64,000 nucleotides of DNA. Source: Zancudomyces culisetae HAW-14-8 (lineage: Eukaryota; Fungi; Kickxellomycota). Location: contig JBNJNM010000011.1 in the NCBI GenBank assembly GCA_052426225.1, forward strand, positions 620,001-684,000. The letters run 5' to 3'. The notes under the pieces are model-generated. The model did no database searches, had not been told where the DNA came from, and saw only the letters and a list, made by a program, of their open reading frames with translations. Position numbers and translations under genes: made by a program. How positions within the stretch are numbered: position 1 is the first letter of the stretch; each line of letters starts with the position of its first letter. Below, piece after piece: positions 32,718-44,889 of the stretch.

Positions 32718-34808
32718 ATGCAACAAATTTCAAGATTGAAACCAAGAGTGCCAACCAAAGGTAAATTTAATTGACAGCCATGCTTTACTTACACAGATTT
32801 AATGCCATAACACAAGATTACATATGCACTTTCAGGCTGGACCTCGATAGGAATATGGGATATAAACAAACCGATATCGAAATTCCGTAGGGGCTATTCT
32901 ATCGATTACAAGTACTTGAGAAATAATCTAACACAGATTCTTGAAAATGCCAAGGCTCGGAACGTGTTAGAATGTGATCCGGCCTTGGTCGTTCAGCTAC
33001 ACGATCTATATCGCACGCATGCTAAACGAGTTAACGAGCTAAGACAGGAGTTGAATACAGTTAGCAAGGGGATTCAGCAAGCAAGTAGGGAAAAAAATCA
33101 AACTTGTATTGAAGAGATCAAAGTGCGAGCTCAGGAAATCAAGCGGGATATTAAAGTGACAGAGGATCAAATGAGACAGATTGAGTACGATATGGAGGAG
33201 CAGGCTAAACTAATTCCTAATATCACAGATCCGACGACACCGGCTGGGAAGGACGACAGTGATGCGACGGTCGTGGAACAGATTATCAAAACAGAGAAGA
33301 GTTTTACTGAGAGCCTAGTTGACCAACAAGAAATTACCTCCAAGATAGAGAGTAAAGATATAAACAGAGATGGAAATAAGGATAGTACTAGGATAGAGCC
33401 ACATAAGTATCGGGATAATGCGGAATTGTGTACGCTACTACAGATAGCCGATTTCAACCGTGCAGCCAAGGTTAGTGGAAGCAAGTTCCATTATTTGATA
33501 AACGAAGGTGCGATTCTTGAACAGGCCTTGATCCAGTACAGCTTACAGTTGGCAGTCAAAGATTTTGGATTCAGGTTTTATAGTAGTATACCGGAATTAG
33601 TAAAAGAAAAGTACATCGAAGGGTGTGGGTTCAATACCAAAAAGAGTGAGGAAAGTATAGAAAAATATAGAAAGAAGATGGGTAAACTTAGAAGTAAGTA
33701 TGGGATTTGCACTGAAAACGCTGATGATATTGGAGAAATAGAGAGTGGCGGTGATAGTTATGGTGATAGCACTGGAGCTGAGCCCAGTCAGATATATCGG
33801 GTTGTGGGTAGTGTTGTTGGAGGAGAAACATCACATCAAGATGCTATAAAAGAGAGTAGTAGTGAGAATAACAAAGAGCATGGCGCAGGTGACGATCTAT
33901 GTCTGATAGCGACAGCTGAAATCCCGCTTACTGCGTATTATAGTGGGGAGATTTTACAGGTAGGAAAGCATAAAGTAAACTTGAATGGAGAACCTGGTGT
34001 TACTGGTAATAGTATTGACGATGGGGTAGAATATTTTAAAAGGGGAAAAGAGTTTAAACAAGTAATTGGCGTTACAAGCACAAACACAAACACAAGCGCG
34101 GGTGCGGGTGCGGGCTTAGGTGTGGCTACAGAGCTGGGAAAGCTACCGCTTGGATTGGTTGGACTGAGTCACAGTTTTCGTACAGAAGCAGGGTCACGAG
34201 GCAAGGAAACCAAGGGGTTGTATCGATTACACCAATTCACAAAGCTTGAATTGGTGATTTTGACGCCGCCCACAATTTCTATTTCGGTAGCAGCAGCACA
34301 AGAATCATCACATTCCAATTTAAAAGAAGAACAAGGGTATGTGATGAATGATGCATCCAAGGCGGCACTGGATTATCTCGTTTCCTTCCAACGTACACTA
34401 TTCACAAATCTTGACCTAAACATCCGAATTCTTGACATGCCAACTGGGGAACTGGGCAACAGCGCATACAAGAAATATGATATCGAGGCATACCTACCAG
34501 GTTTGAAAAAATGGGGCGAGGTTTCATCAGCAAGTAATTGTACCGATTATCAGGCAAGACGACTGGAAATTCGGTACAAATCCCATAACACTTTGATTGA
34601 TAACAAAGGAAAGGGTGGAAAAGGTGGAAAAGGTGGTACAAGTGTAGAATATGTTCATACACTCAATGCTACTGCCTGTGCGGTGCAGCGTACAATTGCA
34701 GCGATTTTGGAAACACATCAAGATCCACAGACCGGAGTGGTTGATGTACCAAAGGTTCTGTGGCCATGGATGATGGGAATCCACAAGATATACCCAAAGA
34801 CAAAATAA
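32718..34808 (+). CDS. Seryl-tRNA synthetase, probably mitochondrial (DIA4/SARS2-type), 2 exons
   Basis: Coiled-coil arm, LIATAEIPL, motif 2 HSFRTEAG..GLYRLHQFTKLE, AYKKYDIEA, GEVSSASNCTDYQARRL, motif 3 HTLNATACA..R. Basic presequence-like exon 1 (ATG 32718; intron 32761-32835 keeps frame). Confidence 0.92.
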
Positions 34809-34984
34809 GATACAATAGTTAATATAAAATGAAATACAATGCATAATTATGCGTGAATAGAGAAAGTATAAAGTAGAATTAGAACATTATAGTAGCAGAA
34901 TAGAATTTATTTTATTCTTAATGATGTTTCATAAACAAATACTTAAATGTAAAAAGAGAATCGAACTCGAAACGTAAAATGAAA

Positions 34985-37422
34985 TTAGTAAACTCTCTTG
35001 AATGGAGGAACAGGTTTACATTCGTTAGAGTCAAGAGTTTCAGAAATAACGTTACGGTATTTCAAGGTAACCTCATCGGTAACACTCTTCTGGTAAGACA
35101 AGGTATGTTTCATCCAGTTGGTATCATCACGTTCCTTGAAATCTTCACGGGCGTGGGCACCACGGGATTCCTTTCTGGCGGCAGCAGAGACAATGGTCTG
35201 GCTGGCATTGGTGAGCAGGTTGCGCAGTTCCAAGGCTTCGATCAAGTCTGAATTCCAGATCAAGCTGCGATCAAAGAGCTTGAGATCTTTGTATGTTCCA
35301 CTGACCTCCTTGAGCTTGGATACACCTTCATCCATGACATCTTGGGTACGGAACACGGCGGCGTGGTCCTGCATCTCGTGTTGCATGCGGTCGCGGATCT
35401 GGGAGGTTCTGAGGCTTCCGTCGGAGGTGCGGATTTGATCAAGCTCAGCGATGGTCTGGCTACCAGTTGAAGCATCGAGGTCCTTTTGTGCTTCTTGTGG
35501 CTTGTATTTAGATTCAATGTTGTGGGCAATGGCACGACCAAATACAACCAAATCCAACAAGGAGTTGGCACCCAATCTGTTAGCACCGTGGACTGAAACA
35601 CATGCTGCTTCACCAGCTGCGTGCAAACCTGGAACTATTTCCTCCTTACCCTCTGCATTGAGACGCAATACCTCACCGGTCCATCTGGTTGGAATACCAC
35701 CCATATTGTAGTGAACTGTTGGCAATACTGGAATTGGTTCTTTTGTTACATCAACTCCTGAAAAGATAGCTGCTGTTTCAGAAATACCTGGCAGACGCTC
35801 GTGCAGAACTTCGGCTGGCAAGTGTGAAAGTTGGAGGTAGATGTGGTCCTTTCTGGGCCCAACTCCGCGGCCAGCTCGGATTTCCATTGTCATTGCTCTG
35901 GAGACAACGTCACGAGATGCAAGATCCTTGGCTGATGGTGCATATCTCTCCATAAATCGTTCACCTTCGCTGTTCACCAAGTAACCACCCTCACCTCTGG
36001 ATCCCTCAGTAATCAGACAGCCTGATCCGTAAATTCCAGTTGGATGGAATTGCACAAACTCCAAGTCCTGGAGTGGCAGTCCTGCTCTAGATACCATGGC
36101 TGTGCCGTCTCCTGTGCAGGTGTGTGCGCATGTAGCTGAGAAGTAGGCTCTTCCGTATCCTCCTGTTGCAATCACTGTGTTCTTGGCTTGGATTCTGTGC
36201 AAGACTCCGTCTTCCATATTCAATGTCATCACTCCACGACATACCCCATCTTCCATCAACAGATCCAATGCAAAGTGTTCAATGAAGAATGTAGTATCGT
36301 ATTTCAATGAGTTTCCGTACATGGTGTGCAACATAGCGTGTCCTGTTCGGTCTGCTGCTGCGCATGTTCTCACTGCTTGTCCACCCTTTCCAAAGTCCAA
36401 TGATTGTCCTCCAAATGGTCTTTGGTAGATCTTTCCGTCTTCTGTTCTTGAAAATGGCAATCCCATGTGTTCAAGCTCAATAACTACGTGTGGTGCTTCG
36501 CGTGTCATGTAGTGGATCGCGTCTTGGTCTCCCAACCAATCGCTTCCCTTCACTGTATCATACATATGCCATCTCCAATCATCCTTGGACATATTTCCCA
36601 ATGCTGCGTTGATTCCTCCTTGTGCTGCAACTGTGTGTGATCTGGTTGGGAACAGCTTGCTTACACATGCTGTTTTGAATCCTGCCATTGAAAGTCCCAT
36701 AGCTGCTCTCAATCCGGCTCCTCCTGCTCCAACCACCACGGCATCATATACATGATCTACTACATCATACTTTTGGCTAAGGCTTGACTATTTACACATT
36801 TTTTAACTCTTACGTTTAGCATCGGTGTTGTTATTCTCCACATACACATATATACATACACCCCTACACCTTTCCCTCAATATGACATCTCTGTTCTATT
36901 TAAGTACTTACTGGTGCCTCTCTTGCATTTAGCTTTTGTGTTCCAACGATTTTGTAAGCTTGTCTGCTGCTGTGGAAGCCCTTGCTCTTGATAGCCTATA
37001 TTTATTTACATTTACCATTATTTTCTTGCACTTTTATATTTATTTCGTACACATCAATTTTAACAATTGTGGATGTTTGCAGCAGTAGGTATATGAGTAA
37101 CGAAAAAAGAGGTGTAATACATAATGCGCTAAAGATGTCTATTATATAGCTATCTTTACTAATGTTTATCTATCATGCATACCACGCTCCCCTTTTTCTC
37201 ACTCTCTGATATAAACTGGATTACAAGCTTCTTTATTTTTTCACCCCCATACGAGCTCTATGTGTCAATTTAAGTCACCATCCCACTTGCACAATATTAC
37301 TCTCACCCCCATCTCCATCAGTTTACCCTTCAATACAGTTTAAATGATAGTGCTATTACCTGTGCTTGTCTGTTTGCCAGAACAGCAATTTTGCTATTGT
37401 TGTTTTGAACTCTTGAGAACAT
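34985..37422 (-). CDS. SDH1: Succinate dehydrogenase flavoprotein subunit (3 exons)
   Basis: [19 protein letters not shown] (FAD-His), [40 protein letters not shown]. Presequence exons [21 protein letters not shown] and [14 protein letters not shown] reconstructed upstream. Confidence 0.98.
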
Positions 37423-40400
37423 CCTTCAAAAATCCTTTCTGTTGTTACTATTTGTGGGGGATACTGCGCTACTTGTAAATTCCCTTTTCTTTTTATTACG
37501 AATGTAAATTATAAAAGTAAATAGAATATATTGCTAGTGCTATTCTACTTTTATGGTTATTATTTATCTATCTTGATAAATTATTTCTTTTTTTTTTGTT
37601 GTCCCATTTTTTTTAACGCAAACTTGATAAATAAATTGTGGGCGTTTTTTTTTGTTTGTTTTATTTATCATTTCAATTTTACTAACGCCCGAAATTTGGT
37701 TCAAAACGGATTTTAAACCACACTACATAACACAAAACTAGATAAAAATCAGAATTTCAAAATCATTTGATTGCTTTGTGGATGTTTTCTACCTCTCATT
37801 ATCTTGCATTAGGTATTATCTACATGTTCTGATTTTTTTAATTTTCAGTCAAATTTTTATCAATATCAGTATCTATATCAATACCAATATCCCTTTAAAA
37901 ACCAGCCAGAGTTAAAGTCAAAATATTACAAATTACTAGTTTTTCGCATATTCAACACTATTTTACCACAAAACCCAGTGTATAGTCAACAACTGGATGG
38001 AGAAGGAGAGTAGATGAAGAATAAATCCACAGAATCTAATATGCATTCGAAATAAAATACACCATGTGTGAAATTAGGGGCAACGGATATTGTAGATAAA
38101 GCCTTTTGTTTTGTTTTGTCTTGTTTTTTTTTCCTTTGTTCTTTGATGATATTCACTTTTTGAGCTTTTCAAGTTTTTTGATGCCCTGATTTTTTTCCCC
38201 ACTTTTGCTTATCAACTTTGATAACATTTGCCTGTTATTTTTACTGTTATTCAAATATTTTTTTTATTTACTTTAATCTTACCACAACTACCCATCTTTT
38301 GACCACTAATATGAGATTCAATTCTCATCACCAACTCATCTAAACACAGAAAAAAAGAGAGAAAAAGTCTTCCCACAAGAGTATAATAGATGTTTTTATC
38401 TCCAATACATTTCTCTATGCACTTGGGATCAATGGTATCCTTCCAAGAAATATAGCATATATTATTCTTTAACAACACACCGAATTATTAAAGCACCTTC
38501 CTCCTCCTCAGAATTACTCGCTTTTCTTGAGCGAGCTTAGTATCTAACACTTGATATGTAATACACACAACCATCACCATTCCACCTTTGCTTTCATTGT
38601 TCCTTTCTACAACTGTGTATGTTATATAGTAGTACCGAATAGGAGACAAGTCATAATTTTTGCGGGCATGTTTGATATCCAGAGTATTACAAGAAATAGC
38701 AATCTTTTTTCCCAAACCTCCAAACCTCCAAACCTCCAAACCCTAATGTTCGCCTGATTTATCAACTGATTTTTACCACTTTGAAAATAAATAATCATCA
38801 TATTTCCTATTTACAAAGCATTAACGTGCCAAAAAAAAATTTTAATCTTAATTTGGTTTTTACAAAAAATGGTGTTAGCTTTTCTAATTTCAACTTAGCA
38901 TCTTATTTTCTCATAAGACTTTGCATTGTTTTTGGTTGGTGAGAATAATGTTATCACCAACTACTAACACCGCCACTACACATCCTTATCCTTACTAGAA
39001 AGAAGTTGAATACTTCTTGTCAAATTCGCGGCAATTATCAATTCCAGTTCTTTGTTTTCTTTACTAACACACATTGCTCATATCTCGACTTATTGGTGTG
39101 CTAGATCGTTGGGTGGTATTTATTTGGCCCGATTTGATTCGACTTGGTATGGCTTCAGCTTTTTTTGGTTCAATTACCGCAAAAACATACTGGGCATAGA
39201 GTGTCCTCTAATTAATGTATTATATACTATTTGTAGTGTCCTTTTCTCCACTATGCTATTTTATGCACTATCTGTCAAAATATCAGAATTTAGTAATAGT
39301 CGGATAATAATATAATAAAAGCTGTCCCAGAGCCCAAATCAGCTGCCATCATTTCCCTGTTAGTCCTATATCTGTGTTCATCCTCTTTCTACCTTACATC
39401 ACACTATAGTTGTATAATTCTACCCTCTCCTATATTTTTCATCTGTTTGTCCCTCGCCACCATCTGATTCGGTTTATTTGATCACACACACGAGTATTTG
39501 TATTTATGCATTATTCCATTCTTCGCTAAATGTTATTTATTCCAGTCAAATCTTCCACTCGAGCCCCCATACCTTTAATATAAATTAAATAAACAAAAAA
39601 AAATAGTATTTGAGGTGATGGATCAAGACATCAACTTTCACCACTAGCTTTCTCAAAATACTATTCAGTTAGCACATTATCATATTTTTTTAATATTTTT
39701 ATTTACCCTTTTCCTGATGTCATGACCTGACTCGATTTTGTGTAGTTTATTCACCTCTTTCTCCGAACAATAAAAGCAAAAACATGTGTTACATCTATCG
39801 TTCTTTATAATTTGTTTGCAAGTTACTAAAACAAAGTGAGTCTAACCACTATAGTAATTAACACTATACACATCCTCCTATATAACCACAAAAGCAATAT
39901 ATTTTTTATTTATACGTTTAGACAATCAGTTTTGGCTATTCCATATCACCAGTATATCACACTCTTTTTATGTATAGCATTACAAAGCCAGCTAAATCAA
40001 TAAGAATCTTGGAAACTATAGGAGTAGCTTTTCTCTTAATAGTGCTCGTTTATATTTGGCCTACGCATTGGGCAGTACAGAGTTCCAAATTTGATTAAAA
40101 CCACATCATCACGTGCTGAAGCTTTTATTCGCCTTTTTCAGTTTCCTTTTCAGTTTTTAATTTTCTTGTGTGTTAAGGGTAGAAAAACAAGATTACTGAG
40201 ATTATTGGCCAAGTGCAAGACGGTAAAAAAAAATTTTTTTTTCATTTCGAAATTTGCTATTTGTGAGAACTCAGGCCTAACAAAAACAATTTAGCTTTCT
40301 AGGTTACTTAAAAGAAAAACAAACAATTCGGGGATTGAGTAATTTTTCCAATTTCATTAGATCTAATCGAAAAGAAAAGTAACGATTCGAAAAGAGAAGC

Positions 40401-40441
40401 AGAAAGAGAAAGGAATTTCGAGCATTAAAGACATAAGAAAA

Positions 40442-41299
40442 ATGGTTAATACAAGTTGGGCTGATGATCAATCTGAGGAGGTGCTAAATGTGCCTATGGT
40501 TGTTTCCGATCAAGATGGAGTCAAAGTTATTGTTGAATACAAGATTAACGATGATGGAAGAAAAGTAAAAATAACTAGAAAAATCAAAACAAAGACTGTT
40601 CAAGAAAAGGTCAACAAATCGGTTGCTGAACGAAAGAAATGGGCTAAATTTGGAGAAGAGAAGGACCAGCCAGCAGGCCCCAATTCCTCCACAGCCTCAG
40701 TGACAGAGCAAGTATTTTTGAAGCTCTCTCAATGGGGTGAAGAAAAAGCTGAAGAAGAGGATGCCAGTCTTAAAGAATCCTTGGCAAGCCGACAGATTTT
40801 GTGTAGATTGTGTCAAGGAAATCACTTTACTGCCAAGTGTCCTTACAAGGACAAGTTGGGAACTATCCAAGAAATTACTGCAGCAGCTCAGTTACCTGCT
40901 AAAGATGGTTCTGCAGCCTCAGCCGCGACATCTCCAATGATGCCCGGTGTTGGTGGTGAGAAGAAAAGGGCATATATTCCTCCTCATCTTCGTGACGGCG
41001 GTTCTAAACTCAAATCTCCAGAGCCATCCAGAGGAGGAAGGGACGAATACCCAACAATTAGGCTTACCAATTTATCAGAGGATACTAAAGAGCCCGACGT
41101 TCAAGCACTATGCAGACCATTCGGTCCATTGGCTCGTGTATTTTTGGCCAAACACTACCAAACTGGCGTTTGTAAAGGTTATGCGTTTGTAAGTTACTAC
41201 AGCTCTGAGAATGCTGAGGCTGCAATCAAAAAACTCAACGGTTACGGATACGATAGTCTTATCCTTGGTGCTGAATGGAGTAGCTCCGATAAGAAATAA
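40442..41299 (+). CDS. TIF35: Translation initiation factor eIF3 subunit G
   Basis: SWAD N-terminus, VAERKKWAKFG, Zn knuckle CRLCQGNHFTAKC, YIPPHLR, C-terminal RRM (IRLTNLSED, KGYAFVSY, GYGYDSLIL). Intronless. Confidence 0.96.
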   Translation: MVNTSWADDQSEEVLNVPMVVSDQDGVKVIVEYKINDDGRKVKITRKIKTKTVQEKVNKSVAERKKWAKFGEEKDQPAGPNSSTASVTEQVFLKLSQWGEEKAEEEDASLKESLASRQILCRLCQGNHFTAKCPYKDKLGTIQEITAAAQLPAKDGSAASAATSPMMPGVGGEKKRAYIPPHLRDGGSKLKSPEPSRGGRDEYPTIRLTNLSEDTKEPDVQALCRPFGPLARVFLAKHYQTGVCKGYAFVSYYSSENAEAAIKKLNGYGYDSLILGAEWSSSDKK

Positions 41300-42225
41300 A
41301 AACTATCATATAGTACCTTGTCTTATTTTTTTCCCCGTTATTTTCTATTTTGCCAAACCTGTCTCTATTCCATGTTTTATATTTATAACATTATCTTCAT
41401 CACTTTAACTTTTATCCTTTTTTTACTCTCTAAAATAAAGTATTACTTAGACTAGTAAACAGGAGAATCTAAGATGTTATACAACATCTAGTCATATTGG
41501 CTTTTTATTTTTTTAGGCTCTTTTTTTTTGGTTGTTAATGTATAGGAGCCACAAAGAGAGTATACTAGCTCAAAAACCTTAAAACTCGTTTACAAGGAAA
41601 ATCAAAAATTACAACCTTGAAAAATTGCTGATAAACAAAGAGGAGCTTATGTGTACTTTCATGTTAGTATTTGTACTTTGCCCCCACTACCCGCTATCTA
41701 CTATTTCTTATGATGGTATTGGTATAGCCTCCTCATAGTTATTTCTGCTGGGATATCCTTGCTATGGTTGTTGTTTGTGATACGGGAATCCTACTTTAAA
41801 AGAACACCTAACTATGCCCACAAAAATATACTACATATGATATCTGTTTTTACAACAATCTCCATTTTTTCTATATTTTTTGCTCTTTCTCATGTCACAC
41901 ATAGTTATGATAAAGTTGTCCATTCCCATGAAAATACTAGCCTTTAAGGAATTCTGAGCAATCGGAAAAAATTCATAGGCGAATTAATACAAAATGGCAT
42001 TAACGTAATTTTCTGCAATAGCACAAGAGAATGCAAGAATCTCCCTGTCTTAATTTTAAATACGGACAGACGATTGGTTAACGTGCGGAGCTGTTGTGAA
42101 AGTATTTCTATTTTAAGGTTGTGTTATTCAAAGAAAAGAAAGAAAAAAGTACACTTGACCACAACACTTGTTTCATTTTTACCGCATTGCATTATTAGTG
42201 ACATTCTGTATAAATAGTACACAAA

Positions 42226-44606
42226 ATGGATATCGGTTCGGTGCAACTTGTACAAAGCAATGTTTATACGAATTCGCAAGACGGGATGAGTCAAAGTGAA
42301 AGCCTGAAAATGTAAGCAATATCACATATACCTGCATTAATATTTATTCTACATAATGTTCGGCAACGCCCATTATCCTTGATTCAGCTTGGTCAATATT
42401 TTTAAAAACTGTCGTTATGGCTGGTGCAGGCAGTAGTAATAATCATAAACAGAATTTCAAGCACAACTAATTTGGATTTGAAATGAATATTTCTAATATT
42501 CCGTTTTTTATTATATTCTCGTGTTTTATTTTATAACCATAAGAAGTACTATGGTACTAGGGTCGAGGGATTCCAAAATCCAGCTGGGATAAATTTTTCT
42601 CTCCAGCTAGGTAAAAATTTTACTGACGAATGCGTTGTACTAATACTCACATACTTGAAATGAAAAAGAAGTGTTGCATATTTAATCTATTTATCGAAAA
42701 GCGTACATATTGGATAGGTGAAGAAATCCGTCATTTTATTGTTTTTATATTGATCGTTGGATCCGTGCTACTATCACCGAGCTTGATCCAGTTCTGGAAG
42801 AGAAAGCATAATTCGTCTTACCAAATTGTCAATTTGCTTGTTATGTGGTACGCCTTTTTTTGTATATATCTCCTTAATGATTTATGCTTTTTTATAGATA
42901 TTAGATTTATTTAACAGTTGTGGTGTCAAAAACATACGTATATCTTGTATTCGCTTTGAGAATAACTGTACCTAATCCAAATAACTGGAATATCATAGGT
43001 TATTTCCACTATCTGTCGCGATTAGTGCGGGGTTTTATCGGTTTATTTTAACTCTAGTTGCATTTACTGGCGTAAATGTTATGGGTAATTTTCTATTCTC
43101 TACCAATGTATTAACTCGTATACATAATACATAATACACTTTGAATACATATAATCATCTTGATGTATATTTCTATACTTATTGTTATAGTTTTTTATAA
43201 GGCATCAAGAAAACCTCTGAGTCCTGAAACACCAAGGTATATATTTGCTCAAGCCAAGTCGTATCCACATATTCCTCCCCAAGGGATATGAATTTGTGGG
43301 AGTAACAATACTAGAATCTAAAATTGTAAAAATTTACACTATTTCTTATAGACTAATCTACAAGTGGTTCTCGTTTGTGAATTCAGTATCATATGTGGGC
43401 ACAATCTTGGGGTTGGTCCTGTTTTTGGTCATTTTCTTTACCCCATTAGGAATTAGCCCACTTTTGATCGATATAATTGAGGGAGTCATGTTGATACTAT
43501 TTTACGGTGTATACTTTGGGTAAATCATTTCACATACCACAAGCATGCTAACTACTGATGCTACTGTTTATATTCGTGTATTTTATTTTATATATAAGGG
43601 AAACATATTCACTAACTAAGAGCCCTTTACCCAACATTCAGAATTCTCAACCAAGACCTTGTCACCATTTGTGTAGAGAAAATGAGCTCAACTATTGGTG
43701 TAAGTACGCTATTTTATAACCTACATACATAATTATTCTTGATTTAATCAACCCAACTCCTATATTGCCAAAAAAAATTGATATAGTACTATACTGAGGC
43801 AGGATTACCAAACAAGACTTTACCAAAAGACGTATGCGCAATATGCGGTGCAATGGTTTCGCTCGATAAAGATCATGGGGGTCTACTATCTTCGGGTGCC
43901 AATGAGAATAGAAAAGTAATTGATGAGAGCAGTATCTTTTTAAATTGTAACCACCAATTCCACTACAGCTGTATACGGGGCTGGTGTTTGGTAGGAAAAC
44001 GTGATATTTGTCCCTACTGGTAACTTTTTTTTCTTTACAACTAATTCTTTTCCTTTGTACTTTTATACTCGTCAATATGTCATTTAAGTATATACGATTA
44101 GTTATATGTCTTCCTCATTATATCATATTTATGTTTCAACCATATATTTTCGAATAGCCATGAAAAAGTCGATCTAAAATTCCTGCTAGATAACTTGTAA
44201 GAATTTTTTTTTTGCGAACCTGCCACGCATATCTTTTGTCCTTCCTTTTAACTTTTATTTTTTTCCCATATATACAATTAAAACAAATCCAGACAATGTA
44301 CTTAGAGAATATGCTAAAATATTTTCAAAAATAGATGGGATAGATCTCAAACTACATACCTGACCATTTTGGATTATTTTAGGTATATTATAGCTTGGCA
44401 GCCGGTAAGATTTGTAGTTTTTTTATGACGATTATCTCTGGCAGTTAGAGACTGTTTATCTGGAATGACGGTGATACGAAGTTCTATTTTTCACCAAATA
44501 ACTCTAACCTTTGTTCTTTTTGATGTTCTTGATTGAATGTACGAAAATATAGATCACTCTAATGCTCACATCGTTTCTTATACCCTTTCTTGGCCTGGAA
44601 AAGTAG
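42226..44606 (+). CDS. RNF121/RNF175-like multi-pass membrane RING-H2 E3 ligase (about 11 exons; start tentative)
   Basis: Spliced translation: [120 protein letters not shown]|..LGLEK*. The junctions checked from about 42610 onward are GT-AG and in frame. Confidence 0.9.
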
Positions 44607-44889
44607 TTTTGTATTAAGTTCGCCTCCTTTTTTTTCTCGTAACAGTTTAGTTAGACACACAATTTGTTTTATTCATTCGATATTTTTTTACCATTTGGGT
44701 TCAAACTATTCGAATATCTAATATGAGCTCATTACATTTCAACCAAAGAACTAACTGTTGGTTAATGGTATACCTGTTATAACAATGGTAATAACAATAG
44801 CTAAACAAACTTGATTAAAACAAAAAAAAAGTTGTTTTCCCGCCCTCACTGCTTTCATTTTGGAAACCAGGGTTCTCAGATACCCTTTA

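Noticed and set aside
34979-36428. Antisense ORFs over SDH1
   Set aside because: Expected shadows of a conserved, codon-biased gene.
37423-40441. Short ORFs in the SDH1-TIF35 divergent spacer
   Set aside because: Low-complexity AT-rich translations with no motif or splice-consistent model.
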